64,000 nt of DNA from Syntrophorhabdaceae bacterium (GCA_963666485.2 CAXXUO010000001.1:736001-800000), one strand, 5' to 3'; counted from the stretch's first letter, positions 53,956-64,000 are shown. Notes: generated from the letters alone by a model not told the origin. Translations and numbers: made by a program.

Positions 53956-56237
53956 CCCCCGCCCCCTTTACCCGCGATCAGGGACAGCACCCTTTCCGGT
54001 GTCAACGGGGCCCGTGCGGCCCGCACACCGCAGGCATCATGCAAAGCGTTGGATATGGCGGGAAGGCAGCCGCTTATCACGACCTCACCGATCCCCTTCA
54101 TGCCAAAGGGCCCGGTCTCCTCGTAGGGTTCGACCGGCACGGACGTGACGTCGGGCAGGTCGAGCGACGTCGGAGTGATGTACGTGGAGAGGCTTTGGGC
54201 CGCGTGCATGCCGCCCGGCGCCGTGTACTCCTCTGTCAGTGCATAACCTATACCCTGGGCCACCGAGCCCTGCACCTGCTGGTCGTAGACCGCCCGGTCG
54301 ATGACCGTCCCCGCATCCGTGACGGCAATGTAATCCCTGACCTCGACAGCCCCCGTCAGGGTGTCGACCTCGATCCTCGCCAGGTGTGCGCCGTAGGAGA
54401 ACAGGACGTGGGCACCGAGATAGAATTTTTCGATCGTGCTCTCATCATACGGGGTCCTGAAGAAACCTTTGCAGGAGCGCTCATCGTTACCGAGGAGCCG
54501 GGCTATATCGGAAAGCGGTACTTCCCTCCCCGATGCCGCATCCCGCACCCTTCCCGGAAGAAGAACAAGTTCACCGGCCCCGGCTGGGCCGAAAATCCCG
54601 GCGGCGCACCGGAGGATCGTTTCCTTGAGGCCCTCGGCTGCATTGATGACAGCGTTCCCGAAGGTATAGGTCGTGCGGCTCGCAGATGATGAACCTGACG
54701 GGAGACCGTGATCGGTATCAGGCTGCACGAGTTCCATCGAGCCGGGGTCCTGGTCGAGTATGCCGGAGGCGATCCTGAGATAGGTGCTCGCGTTCCCCTG
54801 TCCCATGTCGGGCAGGCTCGAATAAAGGCGAACGCATCCGTCCGTCTTCAGCTCCAGCATGGCGTTGGCCTGGTCGGGAACGAACGCGGGATAGCCGATG
54901 GCGTGGCCCATGCATCCCACGCCGGTCCCGCGCTTCTTCCCCTTTGGTGCCGCGTTCTTCCATGCGTGCCTTTCCTTCCAGAAGGGATGCTCTATGAGCT
55001 TGCCGATGCACTCGCCTATTCCCGTGGAATACTTGAGCTCGACGCCCAGGCAGTTCACGTCCCCGGCCTTGAGCGCGTTCCTGCGGCGGACCTCGAGCGG
55101 GTCCAGGGAAAGCTTTTCGGCGATCATGTCCACGGCCTGTTCCATCGCAAAGGTCACCTGCGGCACGCCGAAGCCGCGGAACGGCCCGCCGAGAGGGTTG
55201 TTCGTGTAAACGCAGCGCCCTTCGACACTGACATTCGGGATACGGTAGGCCGACCCTGCGTGTTCCGTCCCCATGGCCATGATCTCGCCGCTCAACCCCG
55301 CATACGCGCCCGCGTCATAATAGAGCCTGCTGGCAAGGCCGTGCAGCGTGCCGTCCTTTTTTGCTCCCAGCCGGTAGTACATCCGGGCGGGCAGCCTCTT
55401 GACGCTGGCGAGGAAGCTTTCGGACCTCTCCCACCACATTTTGACGGGTACACCTCCCGCGTTGAGGGCGGCGACCCCCAGCAGGCACTGCACCGTAATA
55501 CCGTCCTTGCCGCCGAACGCCCCGCCGAGGTACGGGGCCTTGACCCGGACCTTCTCCATTTCGAGCCCCAGCGCGTGTGCTATCTCGATCCTGTCCCTGT
55601 ACGGCGTCTGTGTCGACGCGATGATGGTGAGCACCCCGCGGTCGTCGACACAGGCCCACCCGGCCTCCGTCTCGAGATAGGCGTGCTCCTGGCGGGGGGT
55701 CTCGAAAACCCCCTCGACAACCACGTCGCTTTCACGCAACGCCGTATCGGCGTCTCCTGCCCTTATCGTGACATACCGTAAGAGGTTCCCCTCCTCGCTG
55801 TCTTCGTGGACCTTTGGCGCGTCGCTTCTCAGCGCCTCTTCGACATCGAAGACCCCGGGGAGCGGTTCGTGGTCGAACGTGATCCGTTCGAGGGCGGCGG
55901 CGAGGGCCGCCCTGTCTTCGGCAAGAACGAGCGCGACGGCATCGCCCGCGTGGCGCACCGTGCCGTCGACAAGGACCGGCTGGTCGTTCTTTATGAGCCC
56001 GACCCTGTTCTTCCCGGTGACGTCCCGGTACGTGAGCACGCGTTTGACACCCGGGACGGCAAGGGCGGCTTCGGTATGGACCGCCCCGAGGCGGGCATGC
56101 GGAACAAGGGCCCGTTTCGCGCCGGCCCAGAGGAAATTCGCGGAATAATGATCAGCGGCGTATTTTTCCCTGCCTGTCACCTTTGACATGGCGTCAAAAC
56201 GGGGCCCGCCGGGCAATTTTTTTCCGCTATCTTTCAC
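53952..56237 (-). CDS. Xanthine dehydrogenase/aldehyde oxidoreductase family molybdopterin-binding subunit
   Basis: QEHAYLE, GGAFGGK, FRGFG.PQ, DMGQG, SSASR, QGIG.AL.EE, GMKGIGE. Confidence 0.93.
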   Translation of the reverse strand: MKDSGKKLPGGPRFDAMSKVTGREKYAADHYSANFLWAGAKRALVPHARLGAVHTEAALAVPGVKRVLTYRDVTGKNRVGLIKNDQPVLVDGTVRHAGDAVALVLAEDRAALAAALERITFDHEPLPGVFDVEEALRSDAPKVHEDSEEGNLLRYVTIRAGDADTALRESDVVVEGVFETPRQEHAYLETEAGWACVDDRGVLTIIASTQTPYRDRIEIAHALGLEMEKVRVKAPYLGGAFGGKDGITVQCLLGVAALNAGGVPVKMWWERSESFLASVKRLPARMYYRLGAKKDGTLHGLASRLYYDAGAYAGLSGEIMAMGTEHAGSAYRIPNVSVEGRCVYTNNPLGGPFRGFGVPQVTFAMEQAVDMIAEKLSLDPLEVRRRNALKAGDVNCLGVELKYSTGIGECIGKLIEHPFWKERHAWKNAAPKGKKRGTGVGCMGHAIGYPAFVPDQANAMLELKTDGCVRLYSSLPDMGQGNASTYLRIASGILDQDPGSMELVQPDTDHGLPSGSSSASRTTYTFGNAVINAAEGLKETILRCAAGIFGPAGAGELVLLPGRVRDAASGREVPLSDIARLLGNDERSCKGFFRTPYDESTIEKFYLGAHVLFSYGAHLARIEVDTLTGAVEVRDYIAVTDAGTVIDRAVYDQQVQGSVAQGIGYALTEEYTAPGGMHAAQSLSTYITPTSLDLPDVTSVPVEPYEETGPFGMKGIGEVVISGCLPAISNALHDACGVRAARAPLTPERVLSLIAGKGGGG

Positions 56238-56239
56238 CC

Positions 56240-57361
56240 TTAAGCCGTCCCCCGCTCACGCACTATCCCCGCAAGGCCGTCTATGAATGCCTCCATCGCC
56301 TCGTGGACACCGACGCTCACGCGTATCCAGTTGGGGAACCTGAAACCCGTCATCGTCCGGATCATCACCCCTTGCGACATGAGCTGCCTGTATGCCAGTG
56401 TGTCGCTGAAAGGAAGCTTCACCATGACGTAGCAGCCCTCTCCCGCCTGCGTCTCGAGTCCGAGGCTGCCGAGTTCCCGCACGAGGTACGCCTTTTCGTC
56501 TTTCACGTGCCGGCGCGTCCTCGAGACGTGCTCGTCGTCCCCGATGGCCGCGAGCGCGGCGTCCTGGGCAACGGTGTTCACCGAGTAGACGATGCAGGTG
56601 CGCCGTATGACGTCGACGACGTCCCGGCTCCCTGCAAGGTAGCCTATGCGAAGCCCCGCAAGGCCGTACATCTTCGAGAACGTCCTGAATGTCACGAGGT
56701 TGGGGTATTCCTTGAGGAGCTTCATGCCGTCCGGGTAGTCGGGCGCCTCCACGAACTCGCAGTAGGCCTCATCGACGACCACGATCTGCCGCCCCGCGAC
56801 GGTGTCGAGAAATCTCCTCAGTCTTTTTTCGTCCCAGTAGGTCCCCGTGGGGTTGTTGGGGTTGCAGACAAAGAGTATCTTTGTCCGCTCGTCCCTTAAG
56901 CCCAGCATCCCGTCGTCGTCGAAACCGAAATCCTTGAGCGGCACGAGCCTCGCCTCGAAACCGGAGAACTCGGCAACCCACTCGTAAACGGCAAAGGTCT
57001 TGTCCGCAGTGACGATGTTGTCCCCCTCCTGGCAGAAGGCCTTGATCACGAAGGCGATCGCCTCGTTCGCCCCGTTGCCGAATATGATCTGGTCCGGGTC
57101 GAGGCCGAACCTCTCGGCGAGCTTCATGCGCAGGTAGTAGGAGTCGCCGCTGGGATAGAGGCTTGCCCTGCCCGGCGGGAACCTCTCGATGATCTTCGCC
57201 GAGCCGTGAGGGGGGCCGAGCGGGTTCTCGTTGTTGTTCAGCCGCCAGAGGTGGCCGACATTGTAGAGCTTCATGAGTTCGGGGTCGGGTTTACTGGGTA
57301 TGTACGGTTCGAATTTCTTTATATATTCCGGGACGAGCCTGTTTAAAGGGACATCGAACAC
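56240..57361 (-). CDS. PLP-dependent class I/II aminotransferase (HisC-like)
   Basis: LNNNENPLG, GNGANE, CNPNNPTG, VDEAY, RTFSKMYGLAGLRIGY. Confidence 0.9.
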   Translation of the reverse strand: MFDVPLNRLVPEYIKKFEPYIPSKPDPELMKLYNVGHLWRLNNNENPLGPPHGSAKIIERFPPGRASLYPSGDSYYLRMKLAERFGLDPDQIIFGNGANEAIAFVIKAFCQEGDNIVTADKTFAVYEWVAEFSGFEARLVPLKDFGFDDDGMLGLRDERTKILFVCNPNNPTGTYWDEKRLRRFLDTVAGRQIVVVDEAYCEFVEAPDYPDGMKLLKEYPNLVTFRTFSKMYGLAGLRIGYLAGSRDVVDVIRRTCIVYSVNTVAQDAALAAIGDDEHVSRTRRHVKDEKAYLVRELGSLGLETQAGEGCYVMVKLPFSDTLAYRQLMSQGVMIRTMTGFRFPNWIRVSVGVHEAMEAFIDGLAGIVRERGTA

Positions 57362-57368
57362 GGCGTGC

Positions 57369-58670
57369 CTAACCTCTCAGCGTGAAAAAGACCACGTCGG
57401 CCTTGCCCCGATACGGCATGAGAAGCGACGCCTTGAAACCGGCGGCTTCGATGACCGGGTACAGCCGCGCCTGCCAGCCGTGGCCGAGGTCAATTGTCAG
57501 CACAATATTTTCTATGCCCTCGGCGCGCAGGACGTCGACGTGCCGCCTGAGGTTCTCCCCGGCATCCGCACCGTCCCACAGGGGTGAGAGCATAACGAGG
57601 TCCTGGTTGGACAGGAAGGTCGTTCCGAAAACGGAGTGGGGATTTTGCCGCTCCCCCTCGTTGCGCACGGGGATGATCTCGCGGGCAAGAAAGTGCCGCC
57701 TGTACTCGGCCCTCAGGAACTCTTCCATTCCTGCATGCGCGTACACCTTGCATCCCGGGTCTTCCTTGAGCTGGCGGAAAAGAAAGCGCCACGGCCTCTT
57801 TTCGCCGTTGTGGACAAAATCGACAGTGCCGAGCTCTTCAAAATAGCCGTCAGGGAGGTCTTCCGTGGCGTACCGGTTCATGAGGAAGACCGCCTCCGAC
57901 CGGGCGACCGCGGAGATAACACCGGCAACGAGCCGCTCGCCGACATCCTTCCTGCCGTCCTCGACAAAGACGTAGGGGCCATAGCACTCGATCATCGATG
58001 TTTCCGCATAACGCCAGAGCATCCCCCCGGCGATCCTTTCCCTTTTGTCCATTGCGGTTATAGCGCTGAACTCCCCGCTTGCCACCATGTCCACGACCTT
58101 GCCGGGATAGCGGAAATCCGGCAGGTACACGAAAGGATCGTATCGGCCGGCGATGGACCGTGCCAGCAGCTTTAAGTCCTCCGGGCCGGGCACGCCGTAT
58201 GTCAGGCCGCCCGAAACCGGCTCGTCCGGGCCCTCCCATGGCTCCCCCTCCGGGTAGGTCTTTTCCTTGATCAGTATAAACCCGGTGCCCTCGATGGGAT
58301 TGTGGAAGATAGACATGCTGTCCACAGACCGCGCGGCGATGACGAGCCCCATCTCCTCCATCCCCTCTTCGTCGGGTGACACGTCGGCGGTGAGATTGAA
58401 GGCGCGCGGATCGAAATCGATCCCCTCAAAAGCGATCTCGAGCCGGGCATAGTAATATCCGCCCGTCATGGTGAGCCTGACCGGTGCCGGCTCCCCGGTC
58501 ATCCTGCAGAGATATGCGAACAGCTCTTCGGATGCGAGGCTGAGCTTCAGCGCATCCTTTTCATCGAGGCCGAATATACGGCCGGACGACTCGGCAAAGG
58601 AAACGGCAAGGGGAAGGAATTTGACATCCGTCTTGAGGGTAAGTGAAATATCTGACTGGCCGTTTTTCAT
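57369..58670 (-). CDS. Hypothetical protein: anti-sigma/HATPase-like N-terminus plus GNAT-like domain
   Basis: LSLASEELF...MGLVIA..SVD resembles an RsbW-type fold; the C-terminal part resembles 50379-51407. Start at 58670 is a guess. Confidence 0.55.
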   Translation of the reverse strand: MKNGQSDISLTLKTDVKFLPLAVSFAESSGRIFGLDEKDALKLSLASEELFAYLCRMTGEPAPVRLTMTGGYYYARLEIAFEGIDFDPRAFNLTADVSPDEEGMEEMGLVIAARSVDSMSIFHNPIEGTGFILIKEKTYPEGEPWEGPDEPVSGGLTYGVPGPEDLKLLARSIAGRYDPFVYLPDFRYPGKVVDMVASGEFSAITAMDKRERIAGGMLWRYAETSMIECYGPYVFVEDGRKDVGERLVAGVISAVARSEAVFLMNRYATEDLPDGYFEELGTVDFVHNGEKRPWRFLFRQLKEDPGCKVYAHAGMEEFLRAEYRRHFLAREIIPVRNEGERQNPHSVFGTTFLSNQDLVMLSPLWDGADAGENLRRHVDVLRAEGIENIVLTIDLGHGWQARLYPVIEAAGFKASLLMPYRGKADVVFFTLRG

Positions 58671-58901
58671 GGTCGACCCCGCAGGCGTCCGTACGTTAAG
58701 CTGACCGCCATGGTGTTTATCGTATATATCAGGAAAACGATTTCCTTTGCAACTGCTTGTTCGCCCTAAGGTATCCGGGCCCCGTTGCGATAATAGGTCT
58801 ATAAGGGCCTTTGTTGGCCCGAAGGCACGATATGGTTTGTGCCCTGCGGCGTCGCCGCGTATAATGTCTTTGGGTCCTGGCATGGCGAAACGGAGATTTT
58901 T

Positions 58902-59843
58902 GTGAGAATACTTGCGGCTGAAGACGATCTGACGTCCCGGTTGATGCTGGTTGCCGTGTTAAAGAAAATGGGGCATGACGTGGTCGAGGCGCCGGGCGGC
59001 AAGGAAGCATGGGACGAACTGCAAAAGCCCGATGCGCCGCGGCTCGTCGTCCTTGACTGGATGATGCCGGACATTGAAGGGATCGAGATCTGCCGGCGCG
59101 TGCGGCAGATACCGACGACCGATCCGCCCTACGTGATATTGCTGACCGCGAAAGACGACGTGGACAGCATTGTCACCGGGCTGAACGCCGGCGCCAACGA
59201 TTACCTGATAAAACCATACAGGATCGCCGAACTGGAGGCGCGCATCGGCGTGGCGCAGAGGATGCTGGACCTCCAGGAGGAACTCAACAGGATGAGGGAG
59301 GTGCTTGCCCACGAGGCCACGCATGACAGCCTGACGGGCGCGCTCAACCGCCGGGCCATATATGAAGCACTCTCGCATGAATTCTCCCGCGGCCAGCGCA
59401 AAACGTCCTCGTTCAGTGTCTGCCTCTGCGACATCGATCTCTTCAAACAAATAAACGACGAACACGGCCACCTGGCCGGTGACGACGTGCTGAAGGAACT
59501 GGTCCGGACCCTGCAATCCAATGTACGCGACTACGATATGGTCGGACGCTATGGCGGGGAGGAATTCCTGATAGTCGCCCCGGACCCGGGCGGGATCGAG
59601 GACAATCACCTGTTCGAGCGTTTGAGGTCGGTCATCGCCGGCACCCAATTCAAGACACAGGCGGGAAGCATTTCCGTGACGATAAGCATGGGGGTCGCGC
59701 GATTCACTGAAGAGCGTTCAATAGACGAACTGATCGCGGCCGCAGACGAAGCACTCTACCGGGCCAAGGCCGGGGGCCGCAACCGTGTCGTGTACGCCGC
59801 CGGGAAAGAGAAGGTAACACTGGCCTCACCAGATCTTCCGTGA
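58902..59843 (+). CDS. Response regulator diguanylate cyclase (REC-GGDEF)
   Basis: REC (AEDD, LDWMMP, KP), HDSLTG, DIDLFKQIND, I-site RDYD, GRYGGEEF; probable GTG start after GGAG. Confidence 0.93.
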   Translation: MRILAAEDDLTSRLMLVAVLKKMGHDVVEAPGGKEAWDELQKPDAPRLVVLDWMMPDIEGIEICRRVRQIPTTDPPYVILLTAKDDVDSIVTGLNAGANDYLIKPYRIAELEARIGVAQRMLDLQEELNRMREVLAHEATHDSLTGALNRRAIYEALSHEFSRGQRKTSSFSVCLCDIDLFKQINDEHGHLAGDDVLKELVRTLQSNVRDYDMVGRYGGEEFLIVAPDPGGIEDNHLFERLRSVIAGTQFKTQAGSISVTISMGVARFTEERSIDELIAAADEALYRAKAGGRNRVVYAAGKEKVTLASPDLP

Positions 59844-59907
59844 TTGACAATCGAAAATGAACTATAAGTACATTTTGACCGGTATAGATGAACTGCATAC
59901 CACGGTT

Positions 59908-62187
59908 TCATGACACTTCTTCGGGACGCGCGCGGCGGATACCCGCGTAAGCGATCACTGCGGCAATTGCGAGCGGCAGTACCCCGAGGAAGATGAAGAT
60001 GAGGTCCGCGGGCATTCGGAGCCACTCGAGGAAATGGATAACGGGCTGTTCCTGGAACGCCGCGCTCCGTGCGTGCCAGTACCCGTTGTCGAGGACGTCG
60101 AGAAACTGGATCACGCCCTCGGGAAAGAGGTTCATGATGACCATGAGGGCAAGGCCGATGTTCAAGCCGAAAAACGATACCCTGATGTACTTTTCCACAC
60201 GCTCCCACAGCGCATCCGTCGAAACCTGCCTGAGCGCGAAGACGATGAACGAGACGCCGAGCATGCCGAAAACGCCCATAAGGGCCGTGTGGGCATGGTT
60301 CGGCGTCAGCACCGTGCCCACCTCGAAGTAGCTTATGACAGGCAGGTTGATGAGAAAACCGAATATCCCCGCGCCGACGAAATTCCAGAAGCCGACCGAC
60401 ATCAGGAAATAGAAGGTCCAGCGGTGCGGTATCCGGATCTCCCTCCCGCAGATCTCGCACTTCCCCCGGCTCAATTTTACAAAGTCCCATGCATCGAGCG
60501 TCATGAGAGTGAGCGGTACGACCTCCCCTGCCGAGAACATCGCGGAAAGCGCGAGGTTGAAATTCGTCTGCCCGGTCCAGTACCAGTGGTGCCCCGTCCC
60601 GACGATGCCTGCGCCCAGAAAAAGGATCGCGTCGAGGTAGATGATCCTGAGCGCCGTCTGGCGCGCGATCATGTCGAGCCGGTAGAACAGGACGGCGACC
60701 ATCGTTGTGGCGGACAGCTCGAAAAAGCCTTCCACCCACAGGTGTATGATCCAGAAACGCCAGTTGTCGACGACCGTGAAATTGCTCCTGCCGGTGAAGA
60801 AAAGGGCGGGCAGGTAAAAAAGAGGGATAGCCGCCGTCGTCAGGAGGAAGAGCCGGGTGATCTCTTTATTTTCCGGGTCTTTCAAAGATCCCGCGGCCTC
60901 CCTGATGATCAGGGCTATCCAGAGAACGAGGCCCGCTATGAGCAGCACCTGCCATCCCCGGCCGAGGTCGAGGTATTCCCAGCCCTGGTGGCCGAACCAG
61001 TACCAAGCCCGCCCGAGCATGTTCCGGATGCCGGCCATTTCACCCAGGAGGCTGCCGAGGACAACAAGCACGAGAGCCCAGAAGAGAATGTCGATACCCA
61101 ATTTTTGCCTTTTCAGGGTGCCCGTCCCCAAGGAAGAGGCGAGAAAGAGGCCTCCCGCGACCCACGCCGTCGTGATCCACAGGACGGCAAGCTGTATGTG
61201 CCACGTCCGGGTCAGGTTGCTCGGGAAAAGGGCAGAGAGGTCGAGGCCATAAAAGCTCGCGGGATCGGCGCGGAAATGGGCCGTTGCGGCGCCGACGTTC
61301 ACCTGCACGAAAAAGAGCAGTGCGGCGACCGCGAAGTATTTTATCGTGGCCAGCTGCGTACCGGTCGGCGCGCCGGGAAGCATCCTCGGATGTATATGTT
61401 CTTTTCTGCCTTTCCAGCCGAGATACCCGAACTTTCCGAACGTGAACAGGACCGCCGCCGTCCCCGCCAGAAGGGTAATAAGGCTGAGCGCGCTCCACAG
61501 GATGGTCTCGGCGGTCGGCCTGTTGCCCGCCATGGGTTCGTAGGGAAAATTATTCGTATACGAGTAATTCGTGCCGGGCCGGTTCGCGACGGACACCCAG
61601 GCGGTCCATGCAAAAAACGCGGTGAGCTTCCCGATCTCGCCGGGGTCCGCCACGGCCTCGTGCGCAAGGCCCCTGTTTTGCAGTTTTGCCGTGAAATAAT
61701 TCTTCCATTTTACCTTCTGGTTTTCGTAGGAAAACGCCTCGGCCGGGGTGAACAGGAGCGTCCCCGTTTTTGCATCGTAACGGTTTTCTTTGAGCAGACG
61801 GGCCGTGAGAGCAATGACGGCCGCGCGTTCATCGTCCCGAAGCTCAGAAAAGCCGCGGCCGAATCTCTGCCGCGATATGCCGTCTGCTGCAGCCATCGAA
61901 AGCGTGTGGAGATAATCCGCGGAAAAATCCGGTCCGAGGTAGGCGCCGTGGCCCCAGATGCTGCCGTTCTGCATGAGGGCGTTCTTGAGAAAGACCTCCT
62001 GCCCGGAAAGGATGGTATCGCCCGTGAAGAGGACCTGCCCGGATGCGTCGATCACCTTTTCGGGGATCGGGGGCTCATTCGTATATGACCGCGTCGTGAC
62101 CCATATCAGGACCGCGAAGCAAACGGCCACCGTGAGCAGGACCGATCGTTTCCACCATACCGAAAGCTGTTCAGGGGATTCATCCAT
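59908..62187 (-). CDS. norZ: Quinol-dependent nitric oxide reductase (qNOR)
   Basis: GSIWGHGAYLGPDFSADYLH, SYTNNFP, RTWHIQ, HLWVEGFFE, GTGHHWYW, HAHTALMG, WLRMPAD. Confidence 0.92.
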   Translation of the reverse strand: MDESPEQLSVWWKRSVLLTVAVCFAVLIWVTTRSYTNEPPIPEKVIDASGQVLFTGDTILSGQEVFLKNALMQNGSIWGHGAYLGPDFSADYLHTLSMAAADGISRQRFGRGFSELRDDERAAVIALTARLLKENRYDAKTGTLLFTPAEAFSYENQKVKWKNYFTAKLQNRGLAHEAVADPGEIGKLTAFFAWTAWVSVANRPGTNYSYTNNFPYEPMAGNRPTAETILWSALSLITLLAGTAAVLFTFGKFGYLGWKGRKEHIHPRMLPGAPTGTQLATIKYFAVAALLFFVQVNVGAATAHFRADPASFYGLDLSALFPSNLTRTWHIQLAVLWITTAWVAGGLFLASSLGTGTLKRQKLGIDILFWALVLVVLGSLLGEMAGIRNMLGRAWYWFGHQGWEYLDLGRGWQVLLIAGLVLWIALIIREAAGSLKDPENKEITRLFLLTTAAIPLFYLPALFFTGRSNFTVVDNWRFWIIHLWVEGFFELSATTMVAVLFYRLDMIARQTALRIIYLDAILFLGAGIVGTGHHWYWTGQTNFNLALSAMFSAGEVVPLTLMTLDAWDFVKLSRGKCEICGREIRIPHRWTFYFLMSVGFWNFVGAGIFGFLINLPVISYFEVGTVLTPNHAHTALMGVFGMLGVSFIVFALRQVSTDALWERVEKYIRVSFFGLNIGLALMVIMNLFPEGVIQFLDVLDNGYWHARSAAFQEQPVIHFLEWLRMPADLIFIFLGVLPLAIAAVIAYAGIRRARPEEVS

Positions 62188-62998
62188 GGCTGTATCCCAT
62201 CTTTGTCTGCCCTTCACTGTAAGAACCGTGAGCGAGAGAACCGGCAGCGTCCCGGTCGGCGATCACAAGGAGTTGGCCATGGGTCGGTCGTACATGTGAT
62301 GCGGGCAGTGCCCTGTCTCTGTCATCCACTATCTTTCTGAGGATCGCCGCTTTGTTGTGACCCAGGACGAGGATGAAAATATGCCGCGCGTTATTTATCA
62401 CCGGCATGGTCAACGTGACCCGATCGTAACCATGACCTTTTGCGAAAACCGGCCACACCCTGTTCCCGGCATCATCCGCGACGGGACTTCCCGGAAAGAT
62501 CGACGCGGTGTGTCCGTCTTCCCCAAGGCCGAGCATCACGATGTCGAACCGGGGCAATTCCCCCTTTTTCAAGTTAAAATGCTGCGAAAGCTTTTTTTCG
62601 TAGTCTTGGGCGGCTCTGTCCGGCCCTTTGAGTTTCGTTTCGATCGGGTGGATATTCACCGCCGGGATCGGCACATGATCGAGGAGGGCCTTGAGGGCCA
62701 TGCCGAAATTGCTGTCCTCATCATCGTGGGGGACGAAGCGTTCGTCGACCATGAAGATATGCACCTTACCCCAGGGCAGATCCTTCTGCTTTGCAAGCGC
62801 CCTGTAGACCCCGACGGGCGATCTCCCTCCGGAAAGGGCAACATTCACGAACGGCCTGGCCTCAAGTGTTTCCTTACATATTTCGCGCCAGAGGGAGACA
62901 ACAAAATCCGCACATCGCCCTTCCGTCTCGAAAACGATGATCTGCCGCTCATTCGCCTTGGGGCCCGCCAGGATCGCCCGCGCCGAAGGTCCCGTCAT
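62180..62998 (-). CDS. pgl: 6-phosphogluconolactonase
   Basis: ALSGGRSP, VDERFVP, SNF, LGLGEDGHTASIFP, RVTLT; ATGA overlap with the zwf stop. Confidence 0.93.
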   Translation of the reverse strand: MTGPSARAILAGPKANERQIIVFETEGRCADFVVSLWREICKETLEARPFVNVALSGGRSPVGVYRALAKQKDLPWGKVHIFMVDERFVPHDDEDSNFGMALKALLDHVPIPAVNIHPIETKLKGPDRAAQDYEKKLSQHFNLKKGELPRFDIVMLGLGEDGHTASIFPGSPVADDAGNRVWPVFAKGHGYDRVTLTMPVINNARHIFILVLGHNKAAILRKIVDDRDRALPASHVRPTHGQLLVIADRDAAGSLAHGSYSEGQTKMGYSHG

Positions 62999-64000
62999 GC
63001 CGTGTTCCAGGTACAGCCCTCTCTTTCGAGGAGGGTTGCGGCAGCGGGCGGGCCCCATGTCCCTGCCGCGTAGTTCGGGAAATCGGGCGGCTTTTGCGTT
63101 TCCCATCGCCTGATGATGGGATCGACGACCGTCCACATCGCCTCGATCTCATCCTCCCGTACGAAAAGCGTGAGATCGCCCTTCAGGACATCGACGAGAA
63201 GCCGCTCATAGGGCTCGCGCAGCTTGACCTTGAAGGTGTCGGCATAACTGAAGACCATATTCACGTAATAGATCTGGTTGGTCGCAAACGGGTATTTCAC
63301 GCCGAAGCCCAGGGAGATCTTCTCGTCCGGCTGTATCGTCAACCTCAGGACGTTCGGCGTGAGTGCGTCGCACGTCCGGCCGAAGAGCCGCAAGGGAAGG
63401 CGTTTCAGCTCGATGCATATCTCGGTCGCCAGGGTCGGCATCCGCTTGCCGGTCCTGATAAAGAAAGGTACGCCCGCCCAGCGCAGGTTGTCGATGTAAA
63501 GCTTCGCCGCAAAAAATGTCGCCTGGTCGGAACTCCCCGAGACGTCCGCCTCCTGCCTGTAGCCCGGCACGGGCTCCCCCGCGACGACACCGGGCCCGTA
63601 CTGGCCCTTTACCGTGAAATTGTCGATGTACGACTCGTCCATCGGCCGGATGGAGCGCATGACCTTGAGCTTCTCGTCCCGGATGAAATTGGCGTCGAAG
63701 CCGATGGGAGGGTCCATGGCGATGAGCCCGAGAAGCTGCATCATATGGTTTTGAATGATGTCGCGCACGACGCCGGCATGCTCGTAGAAGACGCCCCTGT
63801 GGCCGATGCCAATGTCTTCGGCGACCGTTATCTGCACGTTGTCGACAAAGTGACGGTTCCACACCTCTTCGAAGATGGTGTTCGAAAAATGGAAGAAAAT
63901 GATGTTCTGGACCGGGTCCCGGGCAAGGTAGTGGTCGATCCTGTAGATCTGGCGTTCATCAAAGGCGTCGGTAAGGACCTTGTTGAGTTCCGCGGCCGAA
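62995..64000 (-). CDS. zwf: Glucose-6-phosphate 1-dehydrogenase, 5' part outside the window
   Basis: YRIDHYLA, RDIIQNHMMQ, RWAGVPFFIRTGK, IQPDE, PYERLL, YAAGTWGP. Confidence 0.95.
   Translation of the reverse strand, partial: SAAELNKVLTDAFDERQIYRIDHYLARDPVQNIIFFHFSNTIFEEVWNRHFVDNVQITVAEDIGIGHRGVFYEHAGVVRDIIQNHMMQLLGLIAMDPPIGFDANFIRDEKLKVMRSIRPMDESYIDNFTVKGQYGPGVVAGEPVPGYRQEADVSGSSDQATFFAAKLYIDNLRWAGVPFFIRTGKRMPTLATEICIELKRLPLRLFGRTCDALTPNVLRLTIQPDEKISLGFGVKYPFATNQIYYVNMVFSYADTFKVKLREPYERLLVDVLKGDLTLFVREDEIEAMWTVVDPIIRRWETQKPPDFPNYAAGTWGPPAAATLLEREGCTWNTA

Noticed and set aside
60034..62088. 684-aa plus-strand ORF
   Set aside because: Antisense shadow of qNOR with no recognisable motifs; expected from GC-rich codon usage.
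59908..62187. NO dismutase (Nod) instead of qNOR
   Set aside because: Active-site motifs HLWVEGFFE and GTGHH are canonical qNOR and lack the Nod-type substitutions.

Overview
Chromosomal window from an anaerobic bacterium. Gene content suggests a syntrophic Desulfobacterota/deltaproteobacterium such as Syntrophorhabdus; this is inference. From left to right it contains: (1) a redox island with a sensory [FeFe]-hydrogenase-like/histidine kinase phosphorelay running into an nfnA copy, and a translationally coupled nuoE-nuoF-nuoG-like-nfnA-nfnB operon; (2) housekeeping and signalling genes (ychF-like, PAS hybrid kinase, comM/yifB, manC, cobB, P1 peptidase, purE, Crp/Fnr); (3) an unannotated 40-codon peptide ORF (24305-24427) ending C-x-x-UGA-x-x-UGA-K-G-stop, followed by a hairpin nearly identical to the E. 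coli fdhF SECIS apex and then a radical SAM/SPASM enzyme, i.e. a candidate selenocysteine RiPP system; (4) three tandem 94-nt riboswitch-like units, each with a terminator, in the leader of a secreted pentapeptide-repeat gene; (5) a phoBR-pstSCAB-phoU-arsC cluster with Pho-box-like repeats; (6) a cluster of GNAT-like proteins, a PLP aminotransferase, a molybdenum hydroxylase and an MFS transporter; (7) a diguanylate cyclase and a zwf-pgl-qNOR operon running off the right end. Intergenic regions carry many short repeats: inverted heptamer arrays, a two-copy MITE-like element and REP-like palindromes. I recognised no tRNA, rRNA, CRISPR array or transposase.
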